A stretch of DNA of 64,000 nucleotides from an uncultured beta proteobacterium (GTDB lineage Bacteria > Pseudomonadota > Gammaproteobacteria > Burkholderiales > Gallionellaceae), in NCBI GenBank assembly GCA_963719855.1, contig CAVRDK010000004.1:938776-1002775 (forward strand), written 5' to 3'. The translations under genes were made by a program, and so were the position numbers. Below the pieces are notes generated by a model. That model was not told the DNA's origin, did no database searches, and worked only from the letters and a program-made list of their open reading frames with translations. This document shows, in pieces, positions 27,232 to 38,208 of the stretch. How positions within the stretch are numbered: position 1 is the first letter of the stretch; the number at the start of each line of letters is the position of its first letter.

Positions 27232-28515
27232 CTAGCCTGAACTCTGTTTTGCCGCCAGCATCTCCACCCTGTCTTGCCACCACAAATACATCCCCACCAG
27301 CACACCCAGCGCGCTCAGCGCTACCACATAATGCGCGGGTGCCATGGGGTCGCGTGCCAGCAACAGGCTGACAAAAACCGGCGTCAACCCGCCAAATATG
27401 GCATAAGCGACATTATAGGAAAACGACAATCCGGAAAACCGCACCGCCGCCGGAAATGCCCGAACTGCGGCACCAGGCACTACACCGATCACCCCGACAA
27501 AAAATCCGCAAAGTGCATAAAGTTCATTGATGTTTTGCGGCGCCACCGACATCTGCTGGTAAAACTGTAGCGACACCCATCCCAGTGCCACGCAACCGAA
27601 GGCAAGAACCGGCCCCGCTCCTACTCGGTCTGCCAACGCTCCGAATACAATACAACCCAGGCTCAAAAATAATGTTGCAATACTACTTGCTTCCAACGCA
27701 GTTGCAGGCGGAATGGCATAGAGCTTTTGTATCAGCGTGGGCGTCATCAGGATCATCACTATAATCGCGGCGGAAAGAAGCCAGGTCATCAGCATAACCA
27801 GCAACACGGCAGCGCGGTGCTCGCGCACAACCTTTTTCAACGGCATTTCGTCAGCCAAGGTCTGGGCAGCCTCCATTTCGCGAAAAACCGGCGTTTCGTG
27901 CAACCACTGGCGCAACCACACCGAGAGCAAACCGAACAGACCGCCGATGATAAATGGCACGCGCCAGCCTTCGGCGAGCATCTCGGCAGGCGGGTACGCC
28001 TTATTTACCGCAGTGGCTACCAGCGAACCCAGCAGGATGCCGCCAGTCAAGCCTGCGGTCAAAGTGCCGCAAGCAAAACCGACATGGCGCGGTTGCACAT
28101 GTTCGGCGACGAACACCCAGGCACCGGGCACTTCTCCACCTATGGCCGCTCCTTGCAATATGCGCAACAACAACAACAGCAATGGCGCCCAAATGCCGAT
28201 AACCGCATAGGTTGGCAACAAACCGATGGCTAGCGTCGGCACAGCCATCAAGAAGATGCTCAACATGAACATGCGCTTGCGTCCCAGAAGATCGCCGAAA
28301 TGCGCCATCACCATGCCGCCCAACGGGCGCGCCAGATATCCGGCTGCGAAGATGGAAAAAGTCTGGAGCTGCCGTAACCAATCCGGCATGTCTGGAGGGA
28401 AAAATAATTGCCCGATCACCACCGCAAAAAATACGAATATGATGAAATCGTAAAATTCCAGCGCCCCACCCAGGGCGGCCAACAACAGGGTCCGGTAATC
28501 CTGGCGTGTTAGCAT
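27232..28515 (-). CDS. MFS transporter (metabolite:H+ symporter family-like)
   Basis: 427 aa with 12 predicted TM helices and the MFS loop motif GDLLGRKR. Confidence 0.85.
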   Translation of the reverse strand: MLTRQDYRTLLLAALGGALEFYDFIIFVFFAVVIGQLFFPPDMPDWLRQLQTFSIFAAGYLARPLGGMVMAHFGDLLGRKRMFMLSIFLMAVPTLAIGLLPTYAVIGIWAPLLLLLLRILQGAAIGGEVPGAWVFVAEHVQPRHVGFACGTLTAGLTGGILLGSLVATAVNKAYPPAEMLAEGWRVPFIIGGLFGLLSVWLRQWLHETPVFREMEAAQTLADEMPLKKVVREHRAAVLLVMLMTWLLSAAIIVMILMTPTLIQKLYAIPPATALEASSIATLFLSLGCIVFGALADRVGAGPVLAFGCVALGWVSLQFYQQMSVAPQNINELYALCGFFVGVIGVVPGAAVRAFPAAVRFSGLSFSYNVAYAIFGGLTPVFVSLLLARDPMAPAHYVVALSALGVLVGMYLWWQDRVEMLAAKQSSG

Positions 28516-28548
28516 CGGCGTCGTCTCAATTTATGATCGAGTGAATAA

Positions 28549-29640
28549 TTAGACGTTAAACAGGAAATTCATTACGTCGCCGTCATGCACCACGTATTCC
28601 TTGCCTTCCACGCGCATTTTGCCTTTTTCCTTGGCGCCCGCTTCGCCGCCGCAGGCGATGAAGTCGGCATAGGAAATAGTTTGCGCACGGATGAAGCCTT
28701 TCTCGAAATCTGTGTGGATGACGCCTGCTGCCTTGGGCGCGGTGTCGCCCTTATGAATGGTCCAGGCGCGCACTTCTTTCACTCCGGCGGTGAAATAAGT
28801 TTGCAAGCCGAGCAACTCGTAACCCACACGAATCAAGCGATTCAGCCCCGGTTCTTCGAGACCTAAATCAGCCAGAAATTCCATTTTGTCTGCATCGTCG
28901 AGATCGGCCAGTTCTGCTTCGATCTTGGCGCACAGCGCCACCACCGGAGCACCCTCTTTGGCGGCATATTCGCGCAGCCGGTCGAGAAAGGGGTTGTTGT
29001 CGAAGCCGTCTTCCAGCACGTTGCCGACGTACATCGCGGGCTTGATGGTAAGCAGGCACAGCGGCTTGATGATTTCTTTCTCTTCGTCGCTCAGTTTGAG
29101 CGTCCGCGCGAGCTGCCCCTGGTTCAGGTGCGGCGTGAGCTTGTCCAGTACGGCTATCAGCTTCAGGGCTTCCTTGTCGCCGGATTTGGCCTTCTTGCCT
29201 TCGCGTTGTATGGCTTTCTCCACGGTGGATAGGTCGGCCAGCGCCAGTTCGGTGACGATGGTTTCGATGTCGGCCAATGGATCAACCTTCCCCGCCACAT
29301 GTACCACGTTGGGGTCGTCGAAACAGCGTACCACGTTGACGATGGCATCAGTCTCGCGGATGTTGGCGAGAAACTGGTTACCCAGCCCTTCACCCTTGGA
29401 CGCGCCCGCCACCAAGCCTGCAATGTCTACGAACTCGACGATAGCCGGTTGCATGCGTTGCGGTTTGACGATTTTCGCCAACTCGTCCATGCGCGGATCG
29501 GGCACTTCCACGATGCCGACATTTGGTTCGATGGTGCAGAAGGGATAATTTTCCGCCGCGATGCCCGCTTTAGTCAGCGCATTAAACAGGGTGGATTTGC
29601 CGACGTTGGGCAGACCGACGATACCGCATTTCAAACTCAT
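28549..29640 (-). CDS. ychF: redox-regulated ATPase YchF
   Basis: 363 aa with G1 motif [12 protein letters not shown] and a conserved YchF C-terminus (...[12 protein letters not shown]). Confidence 0.95.
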   Translation of the reverse strand: MSLKCGIVGLPNVGKSTLFNALTKAGIAAENYPFCTIEPNVGIVEVPDPRMDELAKIVKPQRMQPAIVEFVDIAGLVAGASKGEGLGNQFLANIRETDAIVNVVRCFDDPNVVHVAGKVDPLADIETIVTELALADLSTVEKAIQREGKKAKSGDKEALKLIAVLDKLTPHLNQGQLARTLKLSDEEKEIIKPLCLLTIKPAMYVGNVLEDGFDNNPFLDRLREYAAKEGAPVVALCAKIEAELADLDDADKMEFLADLGLEEPGLNRLIRVGYELLGLQTYFTAGVKEVRAWTIHKGDTAPKAAGVIHTDFEKGFIRAQTISYADFIACGGEAGAKEKGKMRVEGKEYVVHDGDVMNFLFNV

Positions 29641-29897
29641 GGTTGTTCCTCGATAATCAAGCAGTTGTTATACACACAGATACATTATTGAACTGTTTAT
29701 CGTCTAAATCTTTGGAAGTCAGGCGAGTGTGCGAGGGAAGACAAAACAGTGCAAAATCGGAGTGATTTTTAATGAGTTGTGCTGGATTGCCCTATATTTT
29801 GTAATAATTATAACACTCGCAGCTAGCTTGCTCAAAAGGCTAAGGGCAGGATGAAAATTGACTGGCTCATTGCTCAGCAGAAAGGAAAGCTGGTAGC

Positions 29898-31361
29898 ATG
29901 TCCATTCCTTTTGGAAGACAAAAAACCGAGGGGACCTCAAAAACAATTTCCCCTGCTGTTCACTTGCTTAGCCGCGTGCCAAAAAAATTCTACATTAAAA
30001 CCTTCGGTTGCCAGATGAACGAGTACGACTCGGACAAGATGGCGGACGTGTTGCGTGCCTGCGAAGGCATGGAGCAGACCGAGACGCCGGAAGATGCCGA
30101 CGTCATCTTGTTCAACACTTGCTCGGTACGAGAGAAGGCGCAGGAGAAGGTGTTCTCCGACCTGGGGCGGATGCGCCCGCTGAAGGAGGCGCGGCCCGAT
30201 CTTATCATCGGCGTGGGTGGTTGCGTCGCCAGCCAGGAGGGCGACGCGATTGTAAAACGCGCACCGTATGTGGACGTGGTGTTCGGGCCGCAGACGCTGC
30301 ACCGTCTGCCGCAACTGATTGCGACGCGCCGCGCGAGTGGGCGCTCACAGGTGGATATCAGTTTTCCCGAGATAGAAAAGTTCGATCACCTGCCAACACC
30401 TGTCCTGAGCAATGTCGAAGGGGCACAAACCACAGCCGGTTCGGCTTTTGTTTCCATCATGGAAGGGTGTAGTAAATTCTGTACTTATTGCGTGGTGCCC
30501 TATACGCGCGGCGACGAAGTGTCGCGTCCGTTCGCCGATGTAATGCGTGAGGTGGCTGCGCTAGTAGCGCAGGGAGTGGGAGAAATTACTGTGCTGGGGC
30601 AAAATGTAAATGCTTACTGCGGCGTCATGGACGATGGCGATACTGTCGATCTCGCCTTCTTGTTGCAGGAGATCGCGGCACTGGAGGGCGTAAAGCGGCT
30701 GCGCTACACCACTTCGCATCCCAGAGAAATGAGCCAGCGCTTGATCGATCTGTATGTCACCCAGCCCAAGCTGGCGAGCCATTTGCACCTGCCGGTGCAG
30801 TCTGGTTCGGATCGCATTCTGGCGGCAATGAAGCGCGGTTACACTACACTGGAATACAAGTCCGTCATTCGCAAACTGCGTGCGGCGCGTCCGGATATTG
30901 TGCTGACTTCCGACTTCATCGTAGGCTTTCCCGGCGAGACCGAGCGCGATTTCGAGGCGACCATCAAGTTGATCGAAGAGGTGGGTTTTGATGCCAGCTT
31001 CAGTTTTTTGTATAGCCCACGCCCCGGAACGCCCGCTGCCGAAATGCCGGACGAAGTGCCACACGATGTCAAGGTCGCGCGCCTGAAACGCTTGCAGGAT
31101 CTGGTGACAATGCAGGCTGAGTCTTTGTCTGCAAGCCTGCCGGACACCGTGCAGCGCGTGCTGGTAGAAAGTGTGTCGCGTAAAAATTCACAAGAATTGG
31201 CGGGCCGGATGGATAATAATCGCATTGTAAATTTTGCCGGATCGCCCGGCATGCTGGGGCGTTTTGTGGATGTGAAAATTACCGCCGTATGGGCGTATAC
31301 GTTGCGCGGTGAGGTGGTGACGAAAATATGCGAGCCAGATTTAGCCTTCCCTGAAAAATGA
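29898..31361 (+). CDS. miaB: tRNA-2-methylthio-N6-dimethylallyladenosine synthase MiaB
   Basis: [24 protein letters not shown], a radical-SAM cluster ([11 protein letters not shown]) and a TRAM domain. An alternative GTG start exists at 29976. Confidence 0.9.
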   Translation: MSIPFGRQKTEGTSKTISPAVHLLSRVPKKFYIKTFGCQMNEYDSDKMADVLRACEGMEQTETPEDADVILFNTCSVREKAQEKVFSDLGRMRPLKEARPDLIIGVGGCVASQEGDAIVKRAPYVDVVFGPQTLHRLPQLIATRRASGRSQVDISFPEIEKFDHLPTPVLSNVEGAQTTAGSAFVSIMEGCSKFCTYCVVPYTRGDEVSRPFADVMREVAALVAQGVGEITVLGQNVNAYCGVMDDGDTVDLAFLLQEIAALEGVKRLRYTTSHPREMSQRLIDLYVTQPKLASHLHLPVQSGSDRILAAMKRGYTTLEYKSVIRKLRAARPDIVLTSDFIVGFPGETERDFEATIKLIEEVGFDASFSFLYSPRPGTPAAEMPDEVPHDVKVARLKRLQDLVTMQAESLSASLPDTVQRVLVESVSRKNSQELAGRMDNNRIVNFAGSPGMLGRFVDVKITAVWAYTLRGEVVTKICEPDLAFPEK

Positions 31362-32329
31362 ACAGCCCCGTCATTCAATTTGCACTGGAGCCAGCGGACA
31401 ACGCCCGCCTGAACAGGTTGTGCGGTGCGCTCGACGAAAACCTGCGCCAGATCGAGACGGCGTTGGAAGTAATCATTGCGCGGCGCGGCGAATATTTCAG
31501 CGTGCGGGGCGAAGCGCACAAGGCCGAACTGGCGCGTCAGGTATTGCAGGATTTCTACCGGGACGCGACGCACGACATCAGTCTGGAAAAACTGCAGCTC
31601 GGATTGATCGAAGCCATGCGCAACGACGGCGAGCCGAATGCGCAAAGCGAATTCGTGCCGCTGCTGATGACGCGCAAATCCGAAGTACGCGGCCGCACCC
31701 CGCGCCAGAACGATTACCTGCAAGCTATCCAGCAACACGACATCACTTTCGGCGTCGGCCCCGCCGGAACCGGCAAGACTTATCTTGCCGTGGCCAGTGC
31801 GGTGGATGCGCTGCAACGCGATGCGGTGCAGCGTCTGGTATTGGTGCGTCCGGCGGTGGAGGCGGGGGAGCATCTCGGCTTTCTGCCCGGCGATCTGGCA
31901 CAAAAAGTTGATCCCTACCTGCGTCCGTTGTATGACGCGCTATATGACTTGATGGGGCCGGACAAGGTGGTCAAGGCGTTCGAGCGCGGTGTGATCGAGA
32001 TCGCGCCGCTTGCCTACATGCGTGGGCGCACCATAAACCATTCCTTCATCATACTCGACGAGGCGCAAAACACTACGCCGGAGCAGATGAAAATGTTCCT
32101 CACCCGTATTGGCTTCGGCAGCAAGGCCGTCATCACCGGCGATGTGACACAGATCGACTTGGCGCGCGGACAAAAGAGCGGCTTGGTCGAAGTGCGCACC
32201 GTGCTCAAGGATGTGCGCGGCATTGCCTTCCGGGATTTTCTCGCCGAGGATGTGGTGCGCCATCCACTGGTGCAGAAGATCGTTACGGCTTACGAACGTT
32301 ACGAACATGAAAAAAGACAGCGACCATGA
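31358..32329 (+). CDS. ybeZ: PhoH-like ATPase (YbeZ)
   Basis: 323 aa with Walker [13 protein letters not shown] overlaps with both miaB and ybeY. Confidence 0.9.
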   Translation: MNSPVIQFALEPADNARLNRLCGALDENLRQIETALEVIIARRGEYFSVRGEAHKAELARQVLQDFYRDATHDISLEKLQLGLIEAMRNDGEPNAQSEFVPLLMTRKSEVRGRTPRQNDYLQAIQQHDITFGVGPAGTGKTYLAVASAVDALQRDAVQRLVLVRPAVEAGEHLGFLPGDLAQKVDPYLRPLYDALYDLMGPDKVVKAFERGVIEIAPLAYMRGRTINHSFIILDEAQNTTPEQMKMFLTRIGFGSKAVITGDVTQIDLARGQKSGLVEVRTVLKDVRGIAFRDFLAEDVVRHPLVQKIVTAYERYEHEKRQRP

Positions 32330-32793
32330 GCGCCGCGCACAAACTTCCTCCGTATAAGTTTTCTTTGGCGGTGCAGTACGCGGCCAACGCAGAAAATCTG
32401 CCCACGCGCCACCAGCTCCGCCGCTGGATAAAGGCCGCGTTACAGCGCAATGTGCAAATCGTATTGCGTATCGTGGATGAGATCGAGGGGCGGGAACTGA
32501 ATAAAAACTTTCGCGGCAAGGACTACGCCACCAACGTGCTCACTTTCGTGTATGACGACAGTGATTCGCTATCCGGTGACGTGGTGATCTGCGCACCGGT
32601 GGTGCAACGTGAGGCGCATGAACAACACAAAGACTTGTTTGCGCACTACGCTCATCTCGCCATCCACGCCGCCTTGCACTTGCAGGGTTACGACCACGAA
32701 AAAGAACAGGATGCCGCCGTGATGGAAGCGCGCGAGACTGCAATTATGATGAAATTAGGGTATGCTGATCCTTACCAAGTTGTAATTGTGTAA
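32326..32793 (+). CDS. ybeY: rRNA maturation endoribonuclease YbeY
   Basis: 155 aa with the zinc motif HAALHLQGYDH. Confidence 0.9.
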   Translation: MSAAHKLPPYKFSLAVQYAANAENLPTRHQLRRWIKAALQRNVQIVLRIVDEIEGRELNKNFRGKDYATNVLTFVYDDSDSLSGDVVICAPVVQREAHEQHKDLFAHYAHLAIHAALHLQGYDHEKEQDAAVMEARETAIMMKLGYADPYQVVIV

Positions 32794-32803
32794 TAAATTA
32801 AAG

Positions 32804-33655
32804 ATGGACCAACCCGAAAGTAACAAGCCAACCCTGCTGGAACGGCTTTCCACGATGCTGTTGCGTGAGCCGGAAGACCGTGAACAACTGATAGTTCTGC
32901 TGCACTCAGCTTTTGAGCGCAACCTGTTGGATGCCGATGCCCTGTCCATGATGGAAGGGGTGATTCAGGTGTCGGAACGGCATGTGCGCGAAATCATGAT
33001 CCCGCGCGCGCAGATGGATGTTATCGACATCAGCCAGCCTCCGGAAAAATTCATCCCTTTCGTCATCGAGACTGCACACTCGCGTTTTCCCGTCATCGAT
33101 GGTGACAAGGACAATATCGTCGGTATCCTGCTCGCCAAGGATCTGTTGCGCTATTACGCGGGTGAGGAATTTGAAGTGCGCGACATGTTGCGTCCCGCCA
33201 TATTTGTACCTGAATCAAAGCGCCTCAACGTGCTGCTGCGCGACTTCCGCAGCAACCACAATCACATCGCGCTGGTGGTGGATGAATACGGCGGTGTGTG
33301 CGGCATGGCCACCATCGAAGACGTGCTGGAACAAATCGTCGGCGACATCGAGGACGAATACGATTTCGATGAGGATGAAGACAATCTCATTCCGGATGGC
33401 GCGGGCCACTGGCGCGTCAAAGCCGCAACCGAAATCGCCGACTTCAACGAGGCGCTGGGTACGGAGTTCAGCGACGAAGAATGCGACACCGTCGGCGGAC
33501 TGGTACTCAAAGCCGCAGGACAACTCCCTAAACGCGGCGACCGCATCCCCCTCGGCGATCTCATTTTTATCGTCCTGCGCGCCGACAGCCGCAGGCTTTA
33601 TTCTGTGCTGGTGGAGCGCAAGCCGGTAAAGGAAAATTCGGGGAACGGTTCGTAG
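32804..33655 (+). CDS. corC: CBS-domain magnesium/cobalt efflux-associated protein CorC (YbeX)
   Basis: A CBS pair plus a CorC_HlyC C-terminal domain. ATG 32804 (MDQPESNKP) is preferred over the TTG at 32786. Confidence 0.9.
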   Translation: MDQPESNKPTLLERLSTMLLREPEDREQLIVLLHSAFERNLLDADALSMMEGVIQVSERHVREIMIPRAQMDVIDISQPPEKFIPFVIETAHSRFPVIDGDKDNIVGILLAKDLLRYYAGEEFEVRDMLRPAIFVPESKRLNVLLRDFRSNHNHIALVVDEYGGVCGMATIEDVLEQIVGDIEDEYDFDEDEDNLIPDGAGHWRVKAATEIADFNEALGTEFSDEECDTVGGLVLKAAGQLPKRGDRIPLGDLIFIVLRADSRRLYSVLVERKPVKENSGNGS

Positions 33656-33740
33656 GGGCGTATTAGGTGAAACAACTAGCCATTCGACTAGGCTGGCAAA
33701 CAACGCCAACCAAGTCGCTGGTTATGCCATACGCCCCTAC
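33652..33740. repeat. REP (GTAGGGGCGTAT ... ATACGCCCCTAC) enclosing one 48-bp hairpin unit
   Basis: Perfect 12-bp inverted arms at 33652-33663 and 33729-33740. The interior contains ACTAGCCATTCGACTAGGCTGG...CCAACCAAGTCGCTGGTTAT. The corC stop TAG lies in the left arm. Confidence 0.75.
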
Positions 33741-33748
33741 GATACCCG

Positions 33749-34078
33749 CTACATTCCTGACTGAGGAGTAAAAACTAGCACGTCCCCCGAACCCAGCCGC
33801 ACCAATTCCCTCAGCGTGCAAAATAATTCGCTGCCGTCGCGCCTGCTCAGCCACTGTCCATCCTGCATTGCGTAGTGGAAACCGCCGGACTTGGCGGCAA
33901 GCCAGATTTCCTGATTGGGGCCGTGGCGATTGATGATGACTTTTGAGCCATCCTCGAATTCCAGTTCGAGCACCGGTCCGTTGAGGTTACATTCGATGTC
34001 TGTTCCGCTGGCATCTATGGTTTGCTCGATGCGCTCGAATACCGCATCAGCCAATTCGTTGAATTCGTTTTCCGTCAT
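33749..34078 (-). CDS. cyaY: frataxin-like iron donor CyaY
   Basis: MTENEFNELADAVFERIEQTID...INRHGPNQEIWLAAKSGGFHY. The start is at ATG 34078. The longer ORF to 34264 is antisense to the small lipoprotein gene. Confidence 0.8.
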   Translation of the reverse strand: MTENEFNELADAVFERIEQTIDASGTDIECNLNGPVLELEFEDGSKVIINRHGPNQEIWLAAKSGGFHYAMQDGQWLSRRDGSELFCTLRELVRLGSGDVLVFTPQSGM

Positions 34079-34115
34079 ATAATCTCGCCTGTTCAATTTA
34101 GTTGAGGGTGTAGTT

Positions 34116-34259
34116 ATGCGTGTGATCGGTATTATGTTGCTGTTGGCACTGCTACTGCAAGGCTGCGGGCATAAGGGGCCGTTAGTTCTGCCGCAGGCGA
34201 AACCCGCAACGCAACCTGCGGCGCAACAACCAATAACACAACAGCCCGCAGCGCAATAG
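34116..34259 (+). CDS. lptM: small lipoprotein, LptM (YifL)-like
   Basis: 47 aa: MRVIGIMLLLALLLQGCGHKGPLVLPQAKPATQPAAQQPITQQPAAQ. It has a lipobox LLQGC followed by GxKGPL, an RBS (GAGGG), and the position just upstream of lysA typical of this family. It is below the ORF-track size cutoff. Confidence 0.6.
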   Translation: MRVIGIMLLLALLLQGCGHKGPLVLPQAKPATQPAAQQPITQQPAAQ

Positions 34260-34279
34260 CCCAACCAGAGCCAATAAAC

Positions 34280-35530
34280 ATGTCAGACTATTTCAGTTAC
34301 CAGAATAACCAGCTTTGCGTTGAGCAAGTGCCGCTTGCTGAAATCGCACATCGCTTCGGTACACCTTGTTATGTGTATTCCCTCGCGGCGTTGACAGAGG
34401 GATATCTCCAGTTCAAGACCGCCTTTGCCGGGCGCGAGCATTTGATCTGCTATGCGGTGAAGGCGAATTCAAATCTTGCCATTCTCCATTTATTGGCGCG
34501 GATGGGGGCGGGTTTCGATATTGTTTCCGGCGGCGAGTTGCAGCGCGTGCTGGCGGCAGGCGGCGCTGCCAGCAAGGTGGTGTTCTCAGGTGTGGGCAAG
34601 ACGGTCGCTGAAATGCGCTTGGCGCTCAATGCGGAGATACTCTGCTTCAACGTGGAATCGGAAGCGGAACTGATGCGCTTGAACGAAGTGGCGGGCAGTA
34701 TGGGCAAGGTCGCGCCAATAAGTTTGCGAGTGAACCCGGACGTGGACGCGAAGACGCATCCCTATATTTCCACCGGGCTGAAGCAGAATAAATTTGGCGT
34801 GGCTTATACCGAGGCGCTGGCGCTATACCGCAAGGCAAGCGAATTGCCGCACTTGCGCGTGACCGGCATGGATTGCCACATCGGCTCGCAACTGACCGAG
34901 GTTAGCCCGTTCATCGCGGCGACGGAAAAGGTGCTGGCGCTGGTGGACAGCCTTTCGGCTGAAGGCATCGCTCTGGAACATCTCGATCTGGGTGGCGGTT
35001 TGGGTATATGTTATGACGATGAAACTCCGCCCTCGATTGCCGACTATGCCGCTACGCTGCTTACCGCTTTGCAGGGGCGCAGCGAAAAGATCATCGTCGA
35101 GCCGGGACGCGTCCTGGTGGGCAATGCGGGGGTGTTGCTGACCTGCGTGGAATATCTCAAGCACGGCGAGGAAAAAAACTTCGCCATCGTGGACGCGGCG
35201 ATGAATGACCTGATGCGTCCGGCCTTGTACGATGCTTATCATCACATCCAGGCGGTGCGGCGCAGTGCTGTTCCAGTGCAGCAATATGAGGTGGTGGGGC
35301 CGGTGTGCGAGACCGGCGATTTCCTCGGACATGCCCGTGAATTGGCTATCTCGCAAGGTGACTTGCTGGCAGTGATGTCGGCCGGAGCATATGGCATGAG
35401 CATGAGTTCCAACTACAACACGCGCCCTCGTGCAGCCGAAGTCATGGTGTCCGGAACGGTCGTGCAACTCATCCGCGAACGCGAAACGGTGCAGCATTTG
35501 TTCGCGGGCGAAAAAACTTTTTTGTTGTAA
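34280..35530 (+). CDS. lysA: diaminopimelate decarboxylase
   Basis: 416 aa with the PLP-lysine context CYAVKANSN, plus EPGR and CETGD motifs. Confidence 0.95.
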   Translation: MSDYFSYQNNQLCVEQVPLAEIAHRFGTPCYVYSLAALTEGYLQFKTAFAGREHLICYAVKANSNLAILHLLARMGAGFDIVSGGELQRVLAAGGAASKVVFSGVGKTVAEMRLALNAEILCFNVESEAELMRLNEVAGSMGKVAPISLRVNPDVDAKTHPYISTGLKQNKFGVAYTEALALYRKASELPHLRVTGMDCHIGSQLTEVSPFIAATEKVLALVDSLSAEGIALEHLDLGGGLGICYDDETPPSIADYAATLLTALQGRSEKIIVEPGRVLVGNAGVLLTCVEYLKHGEEKNFAIVDAAMNDLMRPALYDAYHHIQAVRRSAVPVQQYEVVGPVCETGDFLGHARELAISQGDLLAVMSAGAYGMSMSSNYNTRPRAAEVMVSGTVVQLIRERETVQHLFAGEKTFLL

Positions 35531-35685
35531 AACGCAAAAATCTGTTGCACTATAATTTTAATCGCGCATAGAATGCGAGCACCAAACGCATAGTTAGAAA
35601 AAATGGTAGGGGAGTTGAGTGTTTGGGAGTGCAGTGGTTGCACGCAATGTAGTGCCTAGTTTGAGTTAATTAATTTTTACAAGGA

Positions 35686-36090
35686 ATGAAAATGGCTACA
35701 ACCACCAAGAAACCCGCAGCAAAAAAACCCGCAGCAAAAAAAGTAGCAGCCAAGAAACCGGCCGCCAAAAAAGTTGTAGCTAAAAAGCCAGCGGCCAAAA
35801 AGCCAGCAGCTAAGAAAGCAGTCGCCAAGAAACCGGCTGCCAAAAAAGTTGTAGCTAAAAAGCCAGCGGCCAAAAAGCCAGCAGCTAAGAAAGCAGCCGC
35901 CAAGAAACCGGTCGCCAAAAAAGTTGTAGCTAAAAAGCCAGCAGCCAAAAAGCCAGCAGCTAAGAAAGCAGCCGCCAAGAAACCGGCTGCCAAAAAAGCT
36001 GTAGCCAAAAAGCCAGCGGCCAAAAAGCCAGCAGCTAAGAAAGTAGCCGCCAAGAAACCGGCAGCGAAAAAAGGCATTCTCGGCGCCTAA
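35686..36090 (+). CDS. histone H1-like lysine/alanine-rich nucleoid protein (KKPAA repeats)
   Basis: 134 aa, almost entirely (A/V)AKKPAAKK pentads. The pentads are organised in 75-bp higher-order repeats (CAAAAAAGTTGTAGCTAAAAAGCCA at 35766, 35841, 35916). Confidence 0.7.
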   Translation: MKMATTTKKPAAKKPAAKKVAAKKPAAKKVVAKKPAAKKPAAKKAVAKKPAAKKVVAKKPAAKKPAAKKAAAKKPVAKKVVAKKPAAKKPAAKKAAAKKPAAKKAVAKKPAAKKPAAKKVAAKKPAAKKGILGA

Positions 36091-36138
36091 TCACCCGTAG
36101 ATTGGGGCGGGCGCCGAGTTGCGTTTCCGCCCTTTCTT
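36080..36138 (+). terminator. GC-rich stem-loops with T-tract downstream of the H1-like gene
   Basis: CTCGGCGCC pairs with GGCGCCGAG, and GGGCGG (36105-36110) pairs with CCGCCC (36127-36132). TTTCTT follows. Confidence 0.45.
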
Positions 36139-36508
36139 GGGTTGCACTTCCTCATGTCATGAGGTGTGACTGGATTTTGTTTTCTCTTCTGGTTTGTTGA
36201 AAACATACAACAAGCTGACTATCCCCGTCTTCTTTAGAAGATGGGAGTTTGCCGTCCTAAAAATTTTCTTCCATATTTCCCGTAGCTGAATCATGCCGAG
36301 TGATGGCGTGAATATTTGGCAGCAGTCTTCCTGTATGCCGGGTCGGTAGAGCCTCACGTTGTTGTACCCGCAGCGTTCGTCGAATTGCGTGCTAAATTGA
36401 AATGCTTTTCCCTCCTTATTCAAGATACCCCTATAGCTGCCGATAAGTTTTAATAGGCATTATAGAGTTCCGAAATGATGGATATGGATCCAAGAAGGGG
36501 ATGATGAA

Positions 36509-37795
36509 TTGAACAAGAAGAATTTAAACGGGAGCCATGTCAAGCAGCGCCAACTGATTGTTGCGCTCCTCACAGCCGCAAGTTGTGCGGCAGGGGTTTA
36601 CCTGTTTTATGTGCCATTCCACGGTTGGCTGCTTGATGCTGTAGGCACGTCGGCCAAGATCGCCGACACGACGGGAACCTTCGTCATCGTCCTGTTCAGT
36701 TTTGTGGTCAACAGCCTGGTTTCCATGGCGATTTTCAAGGACATCTCGCTGGGGATGCGCGCTGTCCAACAGCAACTCAGCCAGAAGATATCCGGTGACG
36801 AAGCTATTCTTAACAGCGCAGCCAACGACCTTGGTGATCTGCCTGCACTGACCAAGTTGCTCAATGAGCAATTGCATGCCATCACCGTGGAAACAGAGCG
36901 TTCCGCATACTCCATCATGGAGCGCTTGCAGGCCATCGATGGAGTCATCAACGAACTGATGTCCACCGTCACTGCCAGCGCCCAGGAATCGGAAGTCATG
37001 ATCCAGGCTGGCGAAAAAAGCATCGGATCGAACGTGGATCTGATCGAAAACCTCAACCTGTACATTCACGAGCGCGTTACCGAAACCGATGCCGACCGCG
37101 CAAGCATATCCATCGTGGTGCAACAGGCAAAATCGCTGTCTTCCCTGGTGGAACTGATCAAAAATATTTCTTCGCAGACCAACCTGCTCGCACTCAACGC
37201 GGCTATCGAAGCGGCGCGCGCCGGCGATGTGGGACGAGGGTTCGCGGTGGTGGCGGACGAGGTGCGCAAGCTGTCCGGTGAAACCGACCATGCTGTATCT
37301 AAAATACAGGAAGGTATTGGCAACGTAGCCAAAACCATAGAGGAACAGTTCCGCAACAAGCTCGAAAACTCCAAAATCCAGCAACAGAGAGAAGTGCTGA
37401 CGAATTTTTCCAAACACCTCGACAGCATGGGCAGCAACTACCACAAGCTGATGAAGCGCGATGAAGAAACGCTTGCCAACCTCAGTAACACCAGTCAAAA
37501 ACTGTCTTCGATGTTCATGGAGGTGCTGGCGAGCATCCAGTTTCAGGATGTCACGCGGCAACAGATCGAGCAAGTGCAGAACGCGCTTACCCGCCTCGAC
37601 ACGCATGTGGTGCAGATGGTGGAAATGATGCGCAGCAAAGACTTCTCCAATGCGGCTTCGATCAAGGAGCACATCGACCAGATATACGAAGGCTATGTCA
37701 TGGATAAGCAGCGCGATGTCCACGCTTCTGCGATGGGCGGAACTTCCCAGACTGGCGGTGCGGCAGCTGCGCCGCAGAAAATCGAGTTGTTCTAG
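36509..37795 (+). CDS. methyl-accepting chemotaxis protein (membrane-anchored, no periplasmic domain)
   Basis: 428 aa with two N-terminal TM helices and the signalling hairpin [41 protein letters not shown] start. Confidence 0.85.
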   Translation: MNKKNLNGSHVKQRQLIVALLTAASCAAGVYLFYVPFHGWLLDAVGTSAKIADTTGTFVIVLFSFVVNSLVSMAIFKDISLGMRAVQQQLSQKISGDEAILNSAANDLGDLPALTKLLNEQLHAITVETERSAYSIMERLQAIDGVINELMSTVTASAQESEVMIQAGEKSIGSNVDLIENLNLYIHERVTETDADRASISIVVQQAKSLSSLVELIKNISSQTNLLALNAAIEAARAGDVGRGFAVVADEVRKLSGETDHAVSKIQEGIGNVAKTIEEQFRNKLENSKIQQQREVLTNFSKHLDSMGSNYHKLMKRDEETLANLSNTSQKLSSMFMEVLASIQFQDVTRQQIEQVQNALTRLDTHVVQMVEMMRSKDFSNAASIKEHIDQIYEGYVMDKQRDVHASAMGGTSQTGGAAAAPQKIELF

Positions 37796-37811
37796 GTAAA
37801 ACGGCTGGTGG

Positions 37812-38000
37812 GTCTACTGGTGAAGCTACTGATAGAACTACTGATAAGACTACTGATGGAACTACTAGCCATTCCGCTAAGCCCAAAAGTGCCGGGCAAG
37901 CGGCTGGTTATAGCCATCTCACTAAGGCAGCAAGCTGCCAAGTGATTGGTTATAGCCATTCCGCTAAGCCCCAAAGTGCGGGGCAAATGGCTGGTATAGG
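37812..38000 (+). repeat. intergenic array: 12-bp microsatellite (ACTACTGATNNN) plus three hairpin units
   Basis: TACTGGTGAAGCTACTGATAGAACTACTGATAAGACTACTGATGGAACTACT is followed by AGCCAT...GGTTAT units of 45 and 42 bp and a degenerate third unit. Confidence 0.8.
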
Positions 38001-38208
38001 TTGCCCATAGCTGCCCAACATAGATTTTGCACCTGATACCCTACTACACATTCTGATGATCCAACGTCATAACCTATCTTGATGGGAGTGGCCATTGGCA
38101 TATTTGGGTTAAAAAATGCCCGACTGGCAGTCGGCTGCTTTCCAAAAACTTTTAGATGACGCGCAAATCCTGATAACCTTAGCGGAATTATCGTTCCCGA
38201 GAATCAAT

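Noticed and set aside
29719-29946. 75-aa minus-strand ORF in the ychF-miaB divergent region
   Set aside because: It sits in an AT-rich promoter region, overlaps the miaB start, and has no supporting features.
30839-31903. 354-aa minus-strand ORF spanning the miaB/phoH junction
   Set aside because: It crosses two conserved plus-strand genes in antisense. Its composition is Arg/Ala-rich and it has no motifs.
34079-34264. Cys/Ala-rich N-terminal extension of the cyaY ORF
   Set aside because: It is antisense to the LptM-like lipoprotein gene. The frataxin homology starts at MTENEF (34078).
35670-36077. 135-aa minus-strand ORF ([10 protein letters not shown]...)
   Set aside because: It is the antisense reading of the KKPAA repeat gene. 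The plus strand has an RBS-like context, a plausible lysine-rich nucleoid protein and a downstream terminator.
36157-36423. 88-aa minus-strand ORF in the AT-rich spacer upstream of the second MCP gene
   Set aside because: It has no motif, no convincing RBS and unusual composition. It could be a real small gene of foreign origin, but the sequence alone does not support a call.
36524-37723. 399-aa minus-strand ORF opposite the second MCP gene
   Set aside because: It is a shadow ORF. The plus-strand product has the unmistakable MCP signalling hairpin.
37812-38000. Hairpin-unit arrays considered as a possible CRISPR array
   Set aside because: The units are directly abutting with no unique spacers of regular length. 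The conserved parts are the unit borders rather than a full repeat, and no cas genes are present in the window.
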